From Hyphochytrium catenoides (taxonomy: Eukaryota; Protista; Hyphochytriomycota), in NCBI GenBank assembly GCA_900088475.1, contig FLMG01001735.1:1-63646 (forward strand): a stretch of 63,646 nucleotides of DNA, written 5' to 3'. The position numbers and the translations under genes are program-made. The notes beneath the pieces were generated by a model. It saw only the letters and a list, made by a program, of their open reading frames with translations. It did not search any database and was not told the origin of the DNA. Positions 34,198 to 46,675 of this stretch are shown piece by piece. How positions within the stretch are numbered: the stretch's first letter is position 1; every line of letters starts with the position of its first letter.

Positions 34198-36330
34198 GGT
34201 GCCCGTTAGTTGGCTGGTGGTGGTAGGGTTGTTCCTCAATTCAAACAATACTACTTGGTCTTTCGAATAGAAGACGAGGACCGATAGTCTTCTTTTAGCG
34301 AGATAATCCAAGAAGTAATGTCTCCAGACTGCTGCCTGCAAGTATTGAGGAGCTTTATTGTAAGCGCCAGTGCCTGCAGAGATTGCAGCAGCATCCCGGC
34401 GTCCAGATAGCACGGCCCTAATGTCGCGTCGTCCCAGCCATCAAGGCAGCAACTGGCGAGCTGCAACGAGGAGTGAGCACAACAGGAGGAAACTCACTCC
34501 TCCAAGAAAGGGCAACACTTCTACCTTCTTTTGTTTCGAGAGGTGTCTGCCAGGATGGGATTGGACCTTCTTTCCGAAGGTCAGTTGCGGGTTTGTGAAC
34601 ACCAAGGCAACAAGAAGTGGCATGACCGGAGGGAAGAGGAGGGGTATGGGTGGTCTGTTGCCTATCATTCTCAGTAGAGGTGGCAGCATGCAGTTGTTGT
34701 TGCCCACTGCCAAGCAGGCTATCAGGTGAGTTGCAAGGAGCTCGTACCACCAGGATGGAGGCAGTAATAAGATAATAATCAGCTTCATTTCCACCCCACC
34801 CACTAATCTCAGTAAAGTTTTCAGGTTAATGGTAGGCTTGATGGTAGGGAATAGTCGCTAATGAAAGGGAATGGATGAGGGAGTAACACAAGGGGTGGGA
34901 CAGTGTAGCTCTATAGAGACAAGCAGTGGTGCGCATCTCATCTTCCCTGTGTTAACCATTCGACAGGACGGGAGGAGAGAGACGAGACTGGAAGTGTCAT
35001 CCACTACTTTCCTCCTCCTCCACACTATTTATAAAGGTAGTACTGCTAGGGAACCTGACTATGGATTCTTCATTCTTCGCTAGGGTGATGATCAGAGAGG
35101 AGGGGGAAGAGGCAGTGAAAGGTCCATCATGACGAAGAAGACAATGTAGCTGTTGTCCCCCATCATGTCCTCTGGTTTGCCTTTATGATCCATGATGGTG
35201 GTGAATGTGAGAGAGATGATGAACAATAAGTGTCAATCATCTTATCGCCGAACAACCTTCCTCTTTATCCCCTCCCAGAGCACCAGATGATGGGAAGTGA
35301 CGTCACACCTTTTGCCTTCCTCAAGTCTTCAGATGACGTAGGTCGAACCATCGCTGGGTGGGGCACACACAACCCTGCCCGCCACTACCAAGCAAGCAAC
35401 AAGCAAGAGACAACAGCCAAGCAGCCAGTACAATCCTCAAGACAGAGGAGAGGCTACGCTACTGCATCAGAGATAACCTGATAAACAATATCTCCGGCTA
35501 TCTTGGGAGGCTCGCCTTATTATTATTACTCAGGTTGTCCATAAACCCTCATGCCCGCAACTCAGAGTGGATGGGCTAGAACTATGCATTGTTTGTATGG
35601 ACTATATTTTGAGGGCAACAGCTAGGAATGGAGGAGGAGGAGGAAGGAGGCGAAGAGAAAGAGAGGTGAATATTTTAGGGGCATGAGGAGTAAAGGTTTA
35701 GTGCTTTCTTTTAGGCCCTGAAGACAGTTTCAGCAAGTGGCTGGAGGACGGCTGTGAAACGGCTCTGTCTTCCACTGCTAATAAAATGTACCACTTCATC
35801 CCACAACCTTGGATGGAAAGCCGCAAACGTCCTTCCCTTGGTTAAAGTTCTATGAGTAGCCGCTAACGTCATCTTCATTAGGCATATAGTTTCTATGGAA
35901 GTGGAAGCGTTACGGGTTATATACAGGCCCCAGGTCCTCGTCAGAAGCCGTATGGAGGAGCTTGTTGATAAAGTACAGGGACCAAGTGAAAGATCCTTCC
36001 TGGAGCAGCAGTGAGTCAGCCCATGCATGGATAATCTCTTCCTGCATACTAGGGAGGCCAAAGCCGAATGCCTTACACTATACCAAGCCAAAGGTTCGGA
36101 ACGGAAAAAGACAGGGTACTAATAGAGGAGAGAGTGAAGAGTGAGAGTGAATGCAGTCTAGTAGAACAACTATCCGACCTCCAAGTGAACTGCAGTCGGT
36201 CGCTAGCCTGATAAGGAGCATGTACTATCTTGGTGAGACGTCTCCTGCTGAGGGCAAAGAACCGTTTGCGAGTACCTTGGCTACACCTTGGGCATAATTG
36301 TTCGGTACCTTCTCCATCTTATAAGAGCTA

Positions 36331-36871
36331 GGACCTCTTTGGGCAACACAATGTTACTAAGGTCCTTTCCCACATTGAAGACAACTTGCCAATGGGTCCT
36401 TTCCTAGATCGGGGATAGGAACGACGATAGACCTAATCGCCTATTTTAAAGAGCGGGCTTAGGTTGGCGCTCAACCGTCTATTATACAGAAGAAAAGAAG
36501 GCATAGCGTTGGATCGACAAGACTGAGAAAGGGCTAGCGAAAGCCTCTTCTTTGGGGTCTCAGGTGCTTCGTGTTGGGTGAGGCTAGATCGATTCCACTT
36601 TAGAAGGTTTTGCCCGAAAGGTGAGACAAATGTGAATGAGTAGGAACAAGAGGTACCCTCCTATGATGCCAGAGGTCATAGGGAGAAGAATAGCCAGCAT
36701 CCGCATCTAACTTCGCCCAACAGACAGATTGAACGCCTTCTTGAGCTCAAGGTAAGTGATCGGGTCTGTCGACTCTATCCTCCTCAACCTAGGAAGAGAC
36801 TCATTGGCAAGTTGTCTTTAGTGGGGAAGGACCCTACTCTATTAATTACCGATTGTTGCCCAGAACGTTCC
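36331..36871. mobile_element. Degenerate MITE-like / foldback element with ~150-bp imperfect inverted arms
   Basis: Arm 36331-36480 is an imperfect reverse complement of 36722-36871. Perfect 17-bp core aagacaacttgccaatg (36378-36394) vs cattggcaagttgtctt (36802-36818), plus gggcaac/gttgccc and ttcctag/ctaggaa. No coding interior and no clear TSD. Confidence 0.65.
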
Positions 36872-37489
36872 TCAATCTACCCTTTCGCTCCCAATTCGTC
36901 ACATCTACCCTTTCGCTCCCGCCATACCGCCACGATGCCGATGTCCGCAGAGAGATGGGCTTCAAGAACCACATATTGGATTGACTAACTCAACCTGCTA
37001 ACTCCCTACACGATTTTCTCGATGAGAGTCACCGTCCAGGAAACCTCTTTTAATATTAAAGGAACCACCAAGATAAACCGCTTCCTGAAGATTGTTGTTC
37101 TCACTGAAGCTCTGTCATCTTTATCCTTATATCGCTGCTACTCTTAGATTGCGTCAGGCCTTCGTCCAATCATCCTTCTTTCTGCGCGCTTTGCTAGTCC
37201 TAACAACTAGAAGCCCGATGCAATCCTTGGACCACGGATGGCATGGAGCGCCAGTTGCCAACCAACAAGAAGCATTGATTACCCAGAGACCAAGCCACTT
37301 CTCCAAAGAGCTAACTAGACCCTAAAGATGATGATGAGCTCGTGGTGGGGAAGAAAGGAAAGCACTGCTGCTGCTGCTGACGCTGCCACTTCCCTTCCTC
37401 CGCTCCTCAGCTTTCCGTTACATGATCTAGACGTTAGCGGTCAGCATCAGTAAATCCTTTGCGCATTGGGAAGAGGAAGGTGAGGTTGG

Positions 37490-37690
37490 AAAGAGAGAGA
37501 ACGGGAGAAAGAAGAGAGAGAGAGAGAGAGAGATGAGGATGAGAGAGAAAGAGAGAGGAAGAGAGAGAGAAAGAGGGCGGTAGAGAAGTGGGGGGAGGAC
37601 AGAGAGGGAGAGATCGAGAGGGAGAGAGAACGAAGAGAAATGCGAAGAAAAATAGCGAGAGAGAGAAAAAGAGAGGAGAGAGTGAAAGAG

Positions 37691-37725
<35 letters not shown>
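37490..37725. repeat. (GA)n microsatellite region upstream of the NCKX-like gene
   Basis: Dense GA runs. Confidence 0.85.
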
Positions 37726-37726
<1 letters not shown>

Positions 37727-38282
37727 AGAATAGTGTCACTAGAAGATCTGATGGAAGGAAGAGGGCAAAGGAAACAACTAGACGACGAGGGCTTAAGTGC
37801 GGGAGTGAGAGAGAGATGGCACTAAAGGGAAACCTTAGACGTGAGAAGAGACCAGACAAAGGCAACAAGCTGGGAGCAGTCCAGGAGGATCGGCTGGTGA
37901 CACCTGACCCATGCATGTCGTTCAGAAGAAGACGAGGGCAAGAGCAGTGCAAAATGGGAAGATATCGCTAGATTCCTAGGACAGAAAGAGGATGTGCGAA
38001 GGTCTTCCGTCCTAGGACATTGAGAGGCACAGCTGAAGTGCAGGGGAAGCCATCTAGCCAGAGATCTAATAGCCGCCTCCGCCAGAAGGCTGTGACACCA
38101 GCAGCGGAAGATTAGCAGTCCCTTGAGCAGCAGAAAGAGCTGTGGCCAGCAAGTAACTAGAGAGACAGAGACAGAGAGAGGTCGACAAGGGAAATTAGGG
38201 CGGAGCTCAAGCCTTACTGCAAATGTTCCTTCTTCTGCCATCATCTACTCGCTAGAAGGATTAGCATTGCCCTTGAAGCGTT

Positions 38283-38764
38283 ATGGGGAGTGTTAGGCGG
38301 GCGCAATGGCTGCGCTTCTCCTGTTTGCTCGCGACACTATCTGTCGCGCTGTTGGCCATAGTCCTGCCGGCTAGTGCCACTGCTGATGGCAAAGAAAAGA
38401 GAGAGAGAGAGGGTGGCAACAGGAATGCTTCCTCTCTGTCCTCGCAGTCCCCTGAGTTCTGTATGAGCAGCGTCTGGTACGATCCTCTGCAGCTGAGCAG
38501 CCCTTGGACAGCGCCTCTCTACCTCGTGGGCTGTCTCTTCCTCTTCATCTGCATTGTTCTCGTCTGCGAGGAGCACTTTATGGCTGCACTAGCAGAAGCT
38601 GTCAACCTACTCCGTAAGGGCTTCAATCTCTCTTTCCTACCGCACCTCGCCCTGCTTGTTGTCATGGCCCGTATCTCTCAGTCCCGTTCTGCTTTGCTAC
38701 GTCTCTCTCGTCCGATACATCGTTGGAAGCATAGGTGCCAATGTCAAGACAGATTCTTAGCACT

Positions 38765-38800
<36 letters not shown>

Positions 38801-40553
38801 CCTACCCACTGATCTTCTCAGGATCTTATTCACGATCCTCTGGCAATTTCTCTTGTTATAGAAAGTCATTGGATGTTCTCTAACCTCCTCTTTCTTATCT
38901 GCGTTTACGCTTGCGCTTGCTCTTCTTTCTCTCCTCCTTTTTTCTTCCCCCCTCTCTCTGCTTTCTGACCCACTTTTTCTCTCTCTCTCTCTCTCCCGAT
39001 CTTAATTCATCTCTTTCTCTCTCTTGTTTGTCCTCTCTTCTCTTCCTCCATCCTTCTCAGGAATATCGACAGAAACGGCGGGGGCGACCTTGGTAGCTTT
39101 CTCCCTTACGGTTCCTCAGATAGTAATAAACCTGAGCATCTTCTACCCAGACGAGCAGTACCAAGAGCAGAACTTCTATCACGTGGTGGGCTCTGTCGTC
39201 TTCAATATGCTCGTCATTCTCTCTCTTTCTGCCCTCGCTTCTTCCAAGGGCTTCCTTTTCTTTGGCTGGAGGACAGCTCTTAGAGATTTGCTCTGCAACC
39301 TTGTCGCCGATGTGATCTTCCTCATTGTGATAGGGGCAAAGAGGTTACGTTGGTACCATCCTCTCTTGCTTCTTTCTGCCTACGCTGCGTATCTGGCAAT
39401 CGTCTGGAAGGTAGAAGCTGTCGTCAAATGCTGTTGGCGGAGAGGAAAGAAACGAGCGGAGGAGGGAGAGAAAGACGTACCAGCAAGAGGAGAGAAAGGA
39501 GCGATGCAAATGGAGGGGCCAGCCGGGGCCAAAGAGGAGGAAGGCGAAGAGAGCGAGAGACAGAGAGGGCAAGAGAAGAGACTTTCCACTTTCTTCTCAA
39601 GCAACGGGCGCCTCATAGAGCGATGCGACAACGTGATGCTTCATCCTTACAGACAGAACAGATCTGTGGCCCATGCCTCCTCCAAGATTCTGGAGCTTAC
39701 AAGCGACTTTGAGGAGAGAGGAGAGGATGAAGAGAGAGAGTCTCCAACGGCCGGGGAGAGGAGACTGAAGGCAAACTCTATGGTGGCAAGCACTCTAGAA
39801 GACGATGTGCAGCTCTCCTGGGCTAATGGAGGACTAGGGAAAGGATCTGGAGCAGATGCTTCTCTTTCAGGAAACATTCACACAGCATCGTCCTTCTCTA
39901 CATCTGCTGACTGCTCCATAAAGGCACCCACAGAGCAGGGGGAAAAAGAGAGGACATCCAAGTCTCTCTCTTCTTCAAACTCGCCTGGTCAACGAGGGCT
40001 ATTGAAATGGTTAGGCAGAGCACTCAGAGTCGTCTGTCAACTCATCATCCGCCTTTTGCGCATTACGATCCCCGACTGTGAGTCTCGTCCGTCCTTGTGG
40101 CCTGCCTCTCTCCTTCTCTCCATCTTCTGGATCTGTCTCTTTGACGTCCTTCTCCTTACATGGCTCAGCAAGGCGATATGTCTCTTTGGCCTTCCTGACT
40201 CTATGGTAGCTATGACTTTCTCTGCCGCCGCATCTTCAACTCCTACGGCTATAGTTAGCTGGATCCTCTCCAGGGATGGCTTTGACACGATGGCAACTAC
40301 GGTGGGGCTTGGCGCTAACATTGGGACGGTCTTAGTGGCTCAGGCGGTGCTGATGGGCGCTGTGTTGGCGAGAAAGGGGAGTCTCTCGGTGGATAAGCTC
40401 AAGATTTGTTCCTCTTTGATGGTGGGCTCGCTGCTGATAGTGATGGTGGCTGTGATGACCGGAAGGAGACGAGTGAGCCAGACCACTGGCAAGATATTTA
40501 TTGGACTTTATAGCGTGTTCTTCCTTCTCAGCCTGCTCGCGTTCTATATGTAA
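38283..40553 (+). CDS. NCKX/SLC24-like Ca2+/cation antiporter with degenerate alpha repeats, 2 exons
   Basis: Signal-like N-terminus; TM LYLVGCLFLFICIVLVCEEHF (cf. NCKX AIVCDEFF); phase-1 intron ~38613-39060; alpha1-like AGATLVAFSLTVPQ..VVGSVVFNML; RDL motif; long cytosolic loop; alpha2-like MTFSAAASSTPTAIVSWILSRDGFDTMA..GANI. Confidence 0.85.
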
Positions 40554-42146
40554 GGAGGTGTTCCCGGTCTACCACTGATCTCTCAGCCTTCCCTGTTTTT
40601 TCTCTTTCTCTATCTTTTGTCCCCCCGTTCTCTCTCTTCTTCCTAGGACAGCTTTAGTCATTCTTAAGAGCCTAACAGTTAGTCTTTAAGAGCTCAGATG
40701 TACGCCTCGCTTAACGGCACAGCGCGCTAGACGTCCCTCCTTGATACTTCTCAGTCCTTCTCTCTTCCCTTCTCCTGTTCTCTCCCTTTACCGAACTTTG
40801 TGCTGAGGCGTTGGGAGGCCGGAAAAGCTGTCCACACGCTGATCTGCACCTTGCTTTCGCCTTCGGTCTGCACCACTGGTCCCGCCAGAACCTCATTCTT
40901 GTCTTACTATGTTCTCGTCATCACTCTGTCTATCCCCCTTCCTGTTAACCAGTGTGAAGCCAGGTCTGCGATTGGTCTCATGGCACAGTGGCCGTCATGC
41001 ACTGTCTTCCTTCGTATCTAGAGCTCATCATCATGAATGACGAACGCAGAGATGTAATCGCTATCTGAGACCATTTCCGTCCATGCCTAACTCTAGAAGC
41101 TCTGTAGGCTATGTCTGGCACGTAGCTAGTACATTCAGAACGCCTTAGAAGCAGCAGCATCTCCACTGATCGTCTACGAGCAGCTTACTCTGCTTTATGA
41201 CATGGACTGTGGTGAGTAAACAGCGAAAGAAACGGACGGTCCCTTTCCCTAAAGTTGCCTTCCAGAGCAATGTGACAGTCATCAGTCCAAAGAGCGAGCT
41301 TGATAGTTTATAGCATTCCGTTAAGTGATAGTCAAGCTATTAGCCTGGCTGCTGGCCAATACTCTCTAGTCCAGTCTCCTCGTCCCTTACCAGGACATCA
41401 CCCTTGTCAGCTTCTTAAATGTATGTGCTGTCTGTTCACCGACAACCAGTGTCAGCCACTGACACTTGCCTTTACCTTACGCCAGTGGTTCAAAGCAGAA
41501 GCTGAACGCGCTGATGAAAGGGACAATCAGGTGAGAAGCGACATCAGGCCGTCCAGGTTCTTCATCAACCACACGGGTTTCCTTCTCCTCTCTGACTGTT
41601 TTCAGGAGCTCTCAGTGCCACGCAAGGGCTCATACACAGATTTATTATAGCTGTGATGGCCCTGAACCTCCAAAGAAGGCTTCTCTCTACGACTTCCATT
41701 GCCAGCTCTGAAACGAAGGACGATCATGGCTCCTTACGAGTACTTGCTATCAGGAGCGCCTCCCCATATCCTGACATGGTGGCATCTGCTGACCTCTCCG
41801 CAGGGCCCCGTCGTCCCAGCTACGAGTAGATCAGAGCTCCATCAGCGAGGAAGTTTTGATGCTGGAAGTAATAGGAAAGAGGAAAGGATAAGCTTCTCCG
41901 AACCTAACGGAGCGCACATCGGAAAAAATTGGAGGCATAGAGTGAGAGGAAGAGGGCGCGCTGAGAGGAGTAGCTGGCAGCCGTAATGGCTGGCTACCTG
42001 GAGATGATGGGACGGAGGGAGAAGGAGAAGGAGAACTGCCTTCTTAGCGAGCGGAGCATAAGACGACGAACAGGAGGAGCTATCGTATTGTTCTTGGCAT
42101 GCAAGAGAAGCAGAAGAACCTGCAGTGGCGAAGGAGAGTTAGGGAA

Positions 42147-42165
42147 CAGAGAGAGAGAGAGAGAG

Positions 42166-42202
<37 letters not shown>

Positions 42203-42232
42203 GAGAGAGACCGAAAGAGAGACCGAGAGAGA

Positions 42233-42265
<33 letters not shown>

Positions 42266-42977
42266 TGAAAGAGAAAGAAGGTAGTGCGAGAGACAGAGGC
42301 TGATAGAGATATTTTTGCGATCTTTGGGAGAGAGAGAGAAAGAGAGTGAGACAGAGAGAGAAATTGTGTGCGTGTGAGAGAGAGAGAGAGAGAGAGTGTG
42401 TGTGAGAGAGAGAGAGGACTGAAAGAGAAAGAAGGTAGTGCGAGAGACAGAGAGAGAGAGTGAGAGAGAGAGAGACAGAGAGAGAGACAGAGAGAGAGAG
42501 AGTGTGTGTGAGAGAGAGAGTGTGTGTGAGAGAGAGAGAGAAAGAGCACTAAGAGAAAGAAGGATGTGTGAGAGGCAGAGACTGATAGAGATATTTTTCC
42601 GGTAACTTGTCCAAGAAAGGAGGGTGAGCAGTCCACTTGGCATGAAGAGCCGGTAACGGCAAGGGTCTCAGTTCGGAACTCCTGTTGCAAGAGCCCCAAC
42701 CCTGGGGAGAGACAGAGTGAGGAAGAATGGTCAGTGAGAAAGATCAAGGACGGTTTTGCCACTTTACGAAAGCACTCTCAAAGAGACAGAGTGTCAATCA
42801 AGAGAGACAGAGCCCGTAGACATATTCTAAGGGCATCTGGCAGGATCCTAAAACATCTTCTTCTCCTTATTCGTCCCACTTTACTTTGGCGAGCCTTCTC
42901 TTCTTCAGGTCGTTGGACCTCTGGCAGCCGCTGCCACCTCAAGATATCTGCACCTCATCAGCGCGCAGAACAGCCAC

Positions 42978-43021
<44 letters not shown>

Positions 43022-43080
43022 NNNNNNNNNNNNNNNNNNNNNNNNNNNNNNNNNNNNNNNNNNNNNAGACAGAGAGAGGG
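42147..43080. repeat. (GA)n/(GT)n microsatellite array with embedded duplicated unique segments
   Basis: gactgaaagagaaagaaggtagtgcgagagacagag occurs at ~42263 and ~42417; ctgatagagatattttt occurs at ~42300 and ~42582. N-gap at 43022-43066. Confidence 0.85.
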
Positions 43081-43234
43081 GAAAGGAACAAGAAGAAGGG
43101 AGCTCGATAAAAGCAGCTTTCAGTTCCAAACCTTGAGCACATTAGTGAAGACGGCCCACTGATAGTTGGACAGATAAAAAGAGAGAAAGGAGTAGAAGAT
43201 TAAGAATCTCTTTTTCTATAAGAAGAAGATAGAG

Positions 43235-45407
43235 ATGTCTTCCTTCATCGAGCACCTTTTTATCGATGTGAAAGATCTTCCCGATGACGCCTTTGGGTTC
43301 TTCCAGGTACGCAGCGATAAATGGCTTGACGAGAGTTCAAGAGAGAGAGAGAAAGAAAGGAGGCGAGGAAAAGGAGGTTCTGATGAGAAGGAAGGTTAGA
43401 AGGAAGGATATATTATAGTCATTGAAAAGTCCTCCTCTCTCCGTCGGCAGGTTCTCTTCCTGGGCTTCGTCTATGGCGGCTTCCTCTACCAGGCCTCGAA
43501 CATGATCTCTGAGGGGAGCGAACTGCTGCTTCTAGTGCCCGGTAGACTTCTCATCCTCCTCTCTTTAGCCTCAACCTGGCCCCTCTCTTTCTACCTCTAT
43601 CTATAAGTAGAGGAGCCTGTCTCTTTCTCCCTTAACGTTTTCACCATCTAAGCAGAGGTTTGGCCGCTTATTTCTTTCTCTCTCTCTCTCGCTCTGTCTC
43701 TTTTTCTTCCTCTCTTCCCCCTATCTCTCTGCTTTTTTCTCCCTCTTCTACTCAGGAACTCACTTTCTATCGTCCTTGTGCCTCTCTCTTGTCTCTCAGC
43801 TCTCGCTGGCATCGTTGGCAGTATCGTCCTACCCATTCTCGGCGCAGTTCCAGATTCTATGATGATCCTCTTCTCCGGACTTGGAGACAACGNNNNNNNN
43901 NNNNNNNNNNNNNNNNNNNNNNNNNNNNNNNNNNNNNNNNNNNNNNNTCTCCCTCTCTTGGGGTCTTGCCACTATTGCCGGCAGAGTGAGCCTCAAATCT
44001 GACGGCACGGCCAACTACGCCAAGCCATCTGGACGAGACAAAGGACAAGGTGAGGAAGAGTGGAAAAAACTGAAGGATGAAGATAAGTGGAGCTTCTTCA
44101 ACAGCGGCGTCACGCCTGGCAGGGAGATCTCCGTCAATGCGGGCGTGATGCTTGCCACCGCAGCGATCTTCCTCATCATTCAGGTGCCAGCCCTGAAGAG
44201 CACAGGGACGAGGGAAAGAGATCAAAGTCTGGATCCAGAGAAAGCCATCAAGGAACAGACAAGCTACGCTCTATTAGGGATGATCCTCTGCTTTGTCTCT
44301 TTCACTGGCTACCTTAGCTGGAACACCTACTCTGCCTCGCACCAAGAAGTCTTGAAGGAGTTCGTGGAAGAGCTGAACATTGAGGCGATCAAGAGTAAGA
44401 CGCTTTCTCTCTCTGCAGTGATGGCAGGAGAGCTCTCTCGTCTCGCTTCTCTTCCCGATGAGACAACCTCCCTAAGGAAGATTGACATGCAGAGACTGCA
44501 GACGATATTACGTCCTTTCTTCCGCTTGCACGATGTGAACAAGGACGGAAAGCTCAATGCAGGAGAGGTCAGAACGGTGCTGAAGGAAATGGGAGAAGAT
44601 CCTAGCGAAGTTGCCCTTAAAGACTGGATTCAAAGGGCAGATCTAGACAACAGCGGCTTCATTGAGTTCCCTGAGTTCGTAGAAGCAACGGCTGCGTATC
44701 TGATTAAAGCTATGGAGGATCCTTCATACAGGAGACGAAGCAGCGCCTCTCAGAGGACTCTGTCGGGAGAGAAAGGGGAGACCGAAGGTGTTGTCATCCT
44801 TCCTGAGAGTCTGCCGGTAAAGAAGGTGAAATCCAAGCCAGAGAGCGGCGAAGGAGAAGGCGGTGAGGAGGAGGAAGAGGAAGAGATGCCAGCTGACTTA
44901 GAGCACCTTCCTCCTGAAGAGCAGCAAAAGAGAGTGATGCTCCGCGCCTTTGGGATGATGGGAATGGGAACTCTCATTGTGCTTCTCTTCTCAGATCCCA
45001 TGGTGGGCGTCCTCTCTGCCGTTGGGAAAAGAACGGGCATTCCTTCCTTCTACATCTCCTTCATCTTCTCTCCTCTGGCCTCCAACGCCTCTGAGGTGGT
45101 CGCTGCGTACACGTACGCCCAGAAGAAGACAAAGAAGAGCATCACCATCTCCTTCGCGACGCTACTGGGAGCTGCCTGCATGAATAACACGCTGGGACTA
45201 GGGATTTTCCTGGCGTTGATTCGCTTTAGAGGTCTGGTCTGGGAGTTCACAGCGGAGACGATTGCGATTCTTTTGGTCGAGCTCTGTGTGGGGATCGTGG
45301 CCTTCAGAACCACGGTCAGACTCTTCGACGGAGTGGCCATTGGCTCTCTTTTTATCCTTTCTCTCTGTCTTGTGGGGCTCCTGGAGAATGTCTTTGGGTT
45401 GGACTAG
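43235..45407 (+). CDS. EF-hand-containing Na+/Ca2+ exchanger-like protein (NCL / EF-CAX family), multi-exon
   Basis: MSSFIEHLFIDV..FFQ | VLFLGFVYGGFLYQASNMISEGSELLLLVP | LAGIVGSIVLPILGAVPDSMMILFSG; EF-hands DVNKDGKLNAGE and DLDNSGFIEFPE; LFSDPMV; SPLASNASE; GAACMNNTL. N-gap at 43893-43947. Confidence 0.92.
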
Positions 45408-46018
45408 ACACCGGCATGTCGTGGGGATGGGAGATGGGATGTTGAAGACTATCAGGACGAAAGTTGAGACTGACATAAGGAGCATGCACGAGAGAGAGAG
45501 AGAGATCAGCAGAACTGAGAGGAGAGCGGGAGCGGAGGAGGATCGCTAATAGGAGACAGGCTATCGATGCGATGGAATAAAGTGCCAAGGGTTTGCGTGG
45601 GCCAGGTGTTTACGCAAAATGAGGGAGAGAAAGAAAGCCAGAGAAGACTTAGACTAAACTGGGCTAGACCCTAGACTAACGCAAGAAAACCATCGTCGGA
45701 AGAATCCCTGCCTCGCATGTGTCTCTCTCTTTCTCTCTCTCCAACACACTCTTCCTCTCTTATAATGCAGCCTCTCTCTCCCGTCAGTTCTCTCTCTCTT
45801 TGTCTGACATCTTGAACTGCTCCTTAGTGAATAATAGATTGTTTAGGTCATTGAACCCTATTAGCCACTTTGTCTAGCGCATTGTCTCTGTTCCTAACTA
45901 TAACGCGTCACTAAGAAAGAGAGCTAACTTAGAGGAGTGGCTTGCCTCTCTTCTTTCTCCCGACCTCTCTCTCCGCCTTCTTCACCCCTTCTGACACTAT
46001 GCCTTCAAGCCAGCGGCA

Positions 46019-46643
46019 CTAGTTCAGTGCCTTGATGCTCATGGCGCCTTGAGCAAGAGGAAATGTGTCATCTTCCGAGTTCGCAACCTGAGGAAAGAGA
46101 GAGCTTCCTTAGTGACGATGTGTCATTTCTCTTCCTCACTTCGAGAAGATTGGCAACGATCCGTTTCTCTTCAGCACGTGTTTGTCTCTGTGTGCGTCTC
46201 TCTCTCTATCAATCTTTGCTTTCCCTCCTTCTTTTCTGTGCCTCTTGCCTCTCATTATCTCCTCCTTTCTTCCTCCTCTCTCCACTCTTTTTCTCTCTCT
46301 TCTTTTTTTCTCTCTTCTTTTGTCCCCCGCCTCCCCCTCTAACCTTAGCAGTGGTGCTGTTACTAAAGAAAAGATATCCGCCGAAGACATGGAAGACTTT
46401 AAGGAACTTTCTCTTCAGTCGAATGGAGGAAAGAAGGTTCCGTAGGTGGACCTCCTCTTCATCGCTATTCTGACCCAAAACTAGAGAGCAGAAAAGAGAG
46501 AGACAAAGAGAGAAAGATTGAGGGGATTGCCGTCAAGAGTTGGTGACCGGGAGTAGTTAGTAGTAGTAGGTGGCTTGTTGAGCACAGAGGGAGAGAGAGA
46601 TTTTGGAGAGAGAGAAAGAGTACAGAGAGAGTTAGAGGGAGGG

Positions 46644-46675
<32 letters not shown>

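Noticed and set aside
34198-34803. In-frame upstream ORF separated from the histidine kinase by one TGA (34443-34441), suggesting readthrough or selenocysteine
   Set aside because: The upstream peptide resembles no domain, the kinase has a good ATG right before PAS1, and TGA is used as a normal stop elsewhere in the window.
35297-35306. CRE-like palindrome GTGACGTCAC (and a TATAAATA on the minus strand at 35026-35033) upstream of the kinase
   Set aside because: Short motifs like these are expected by chance in 63 kb, and there is no TSS evidence.
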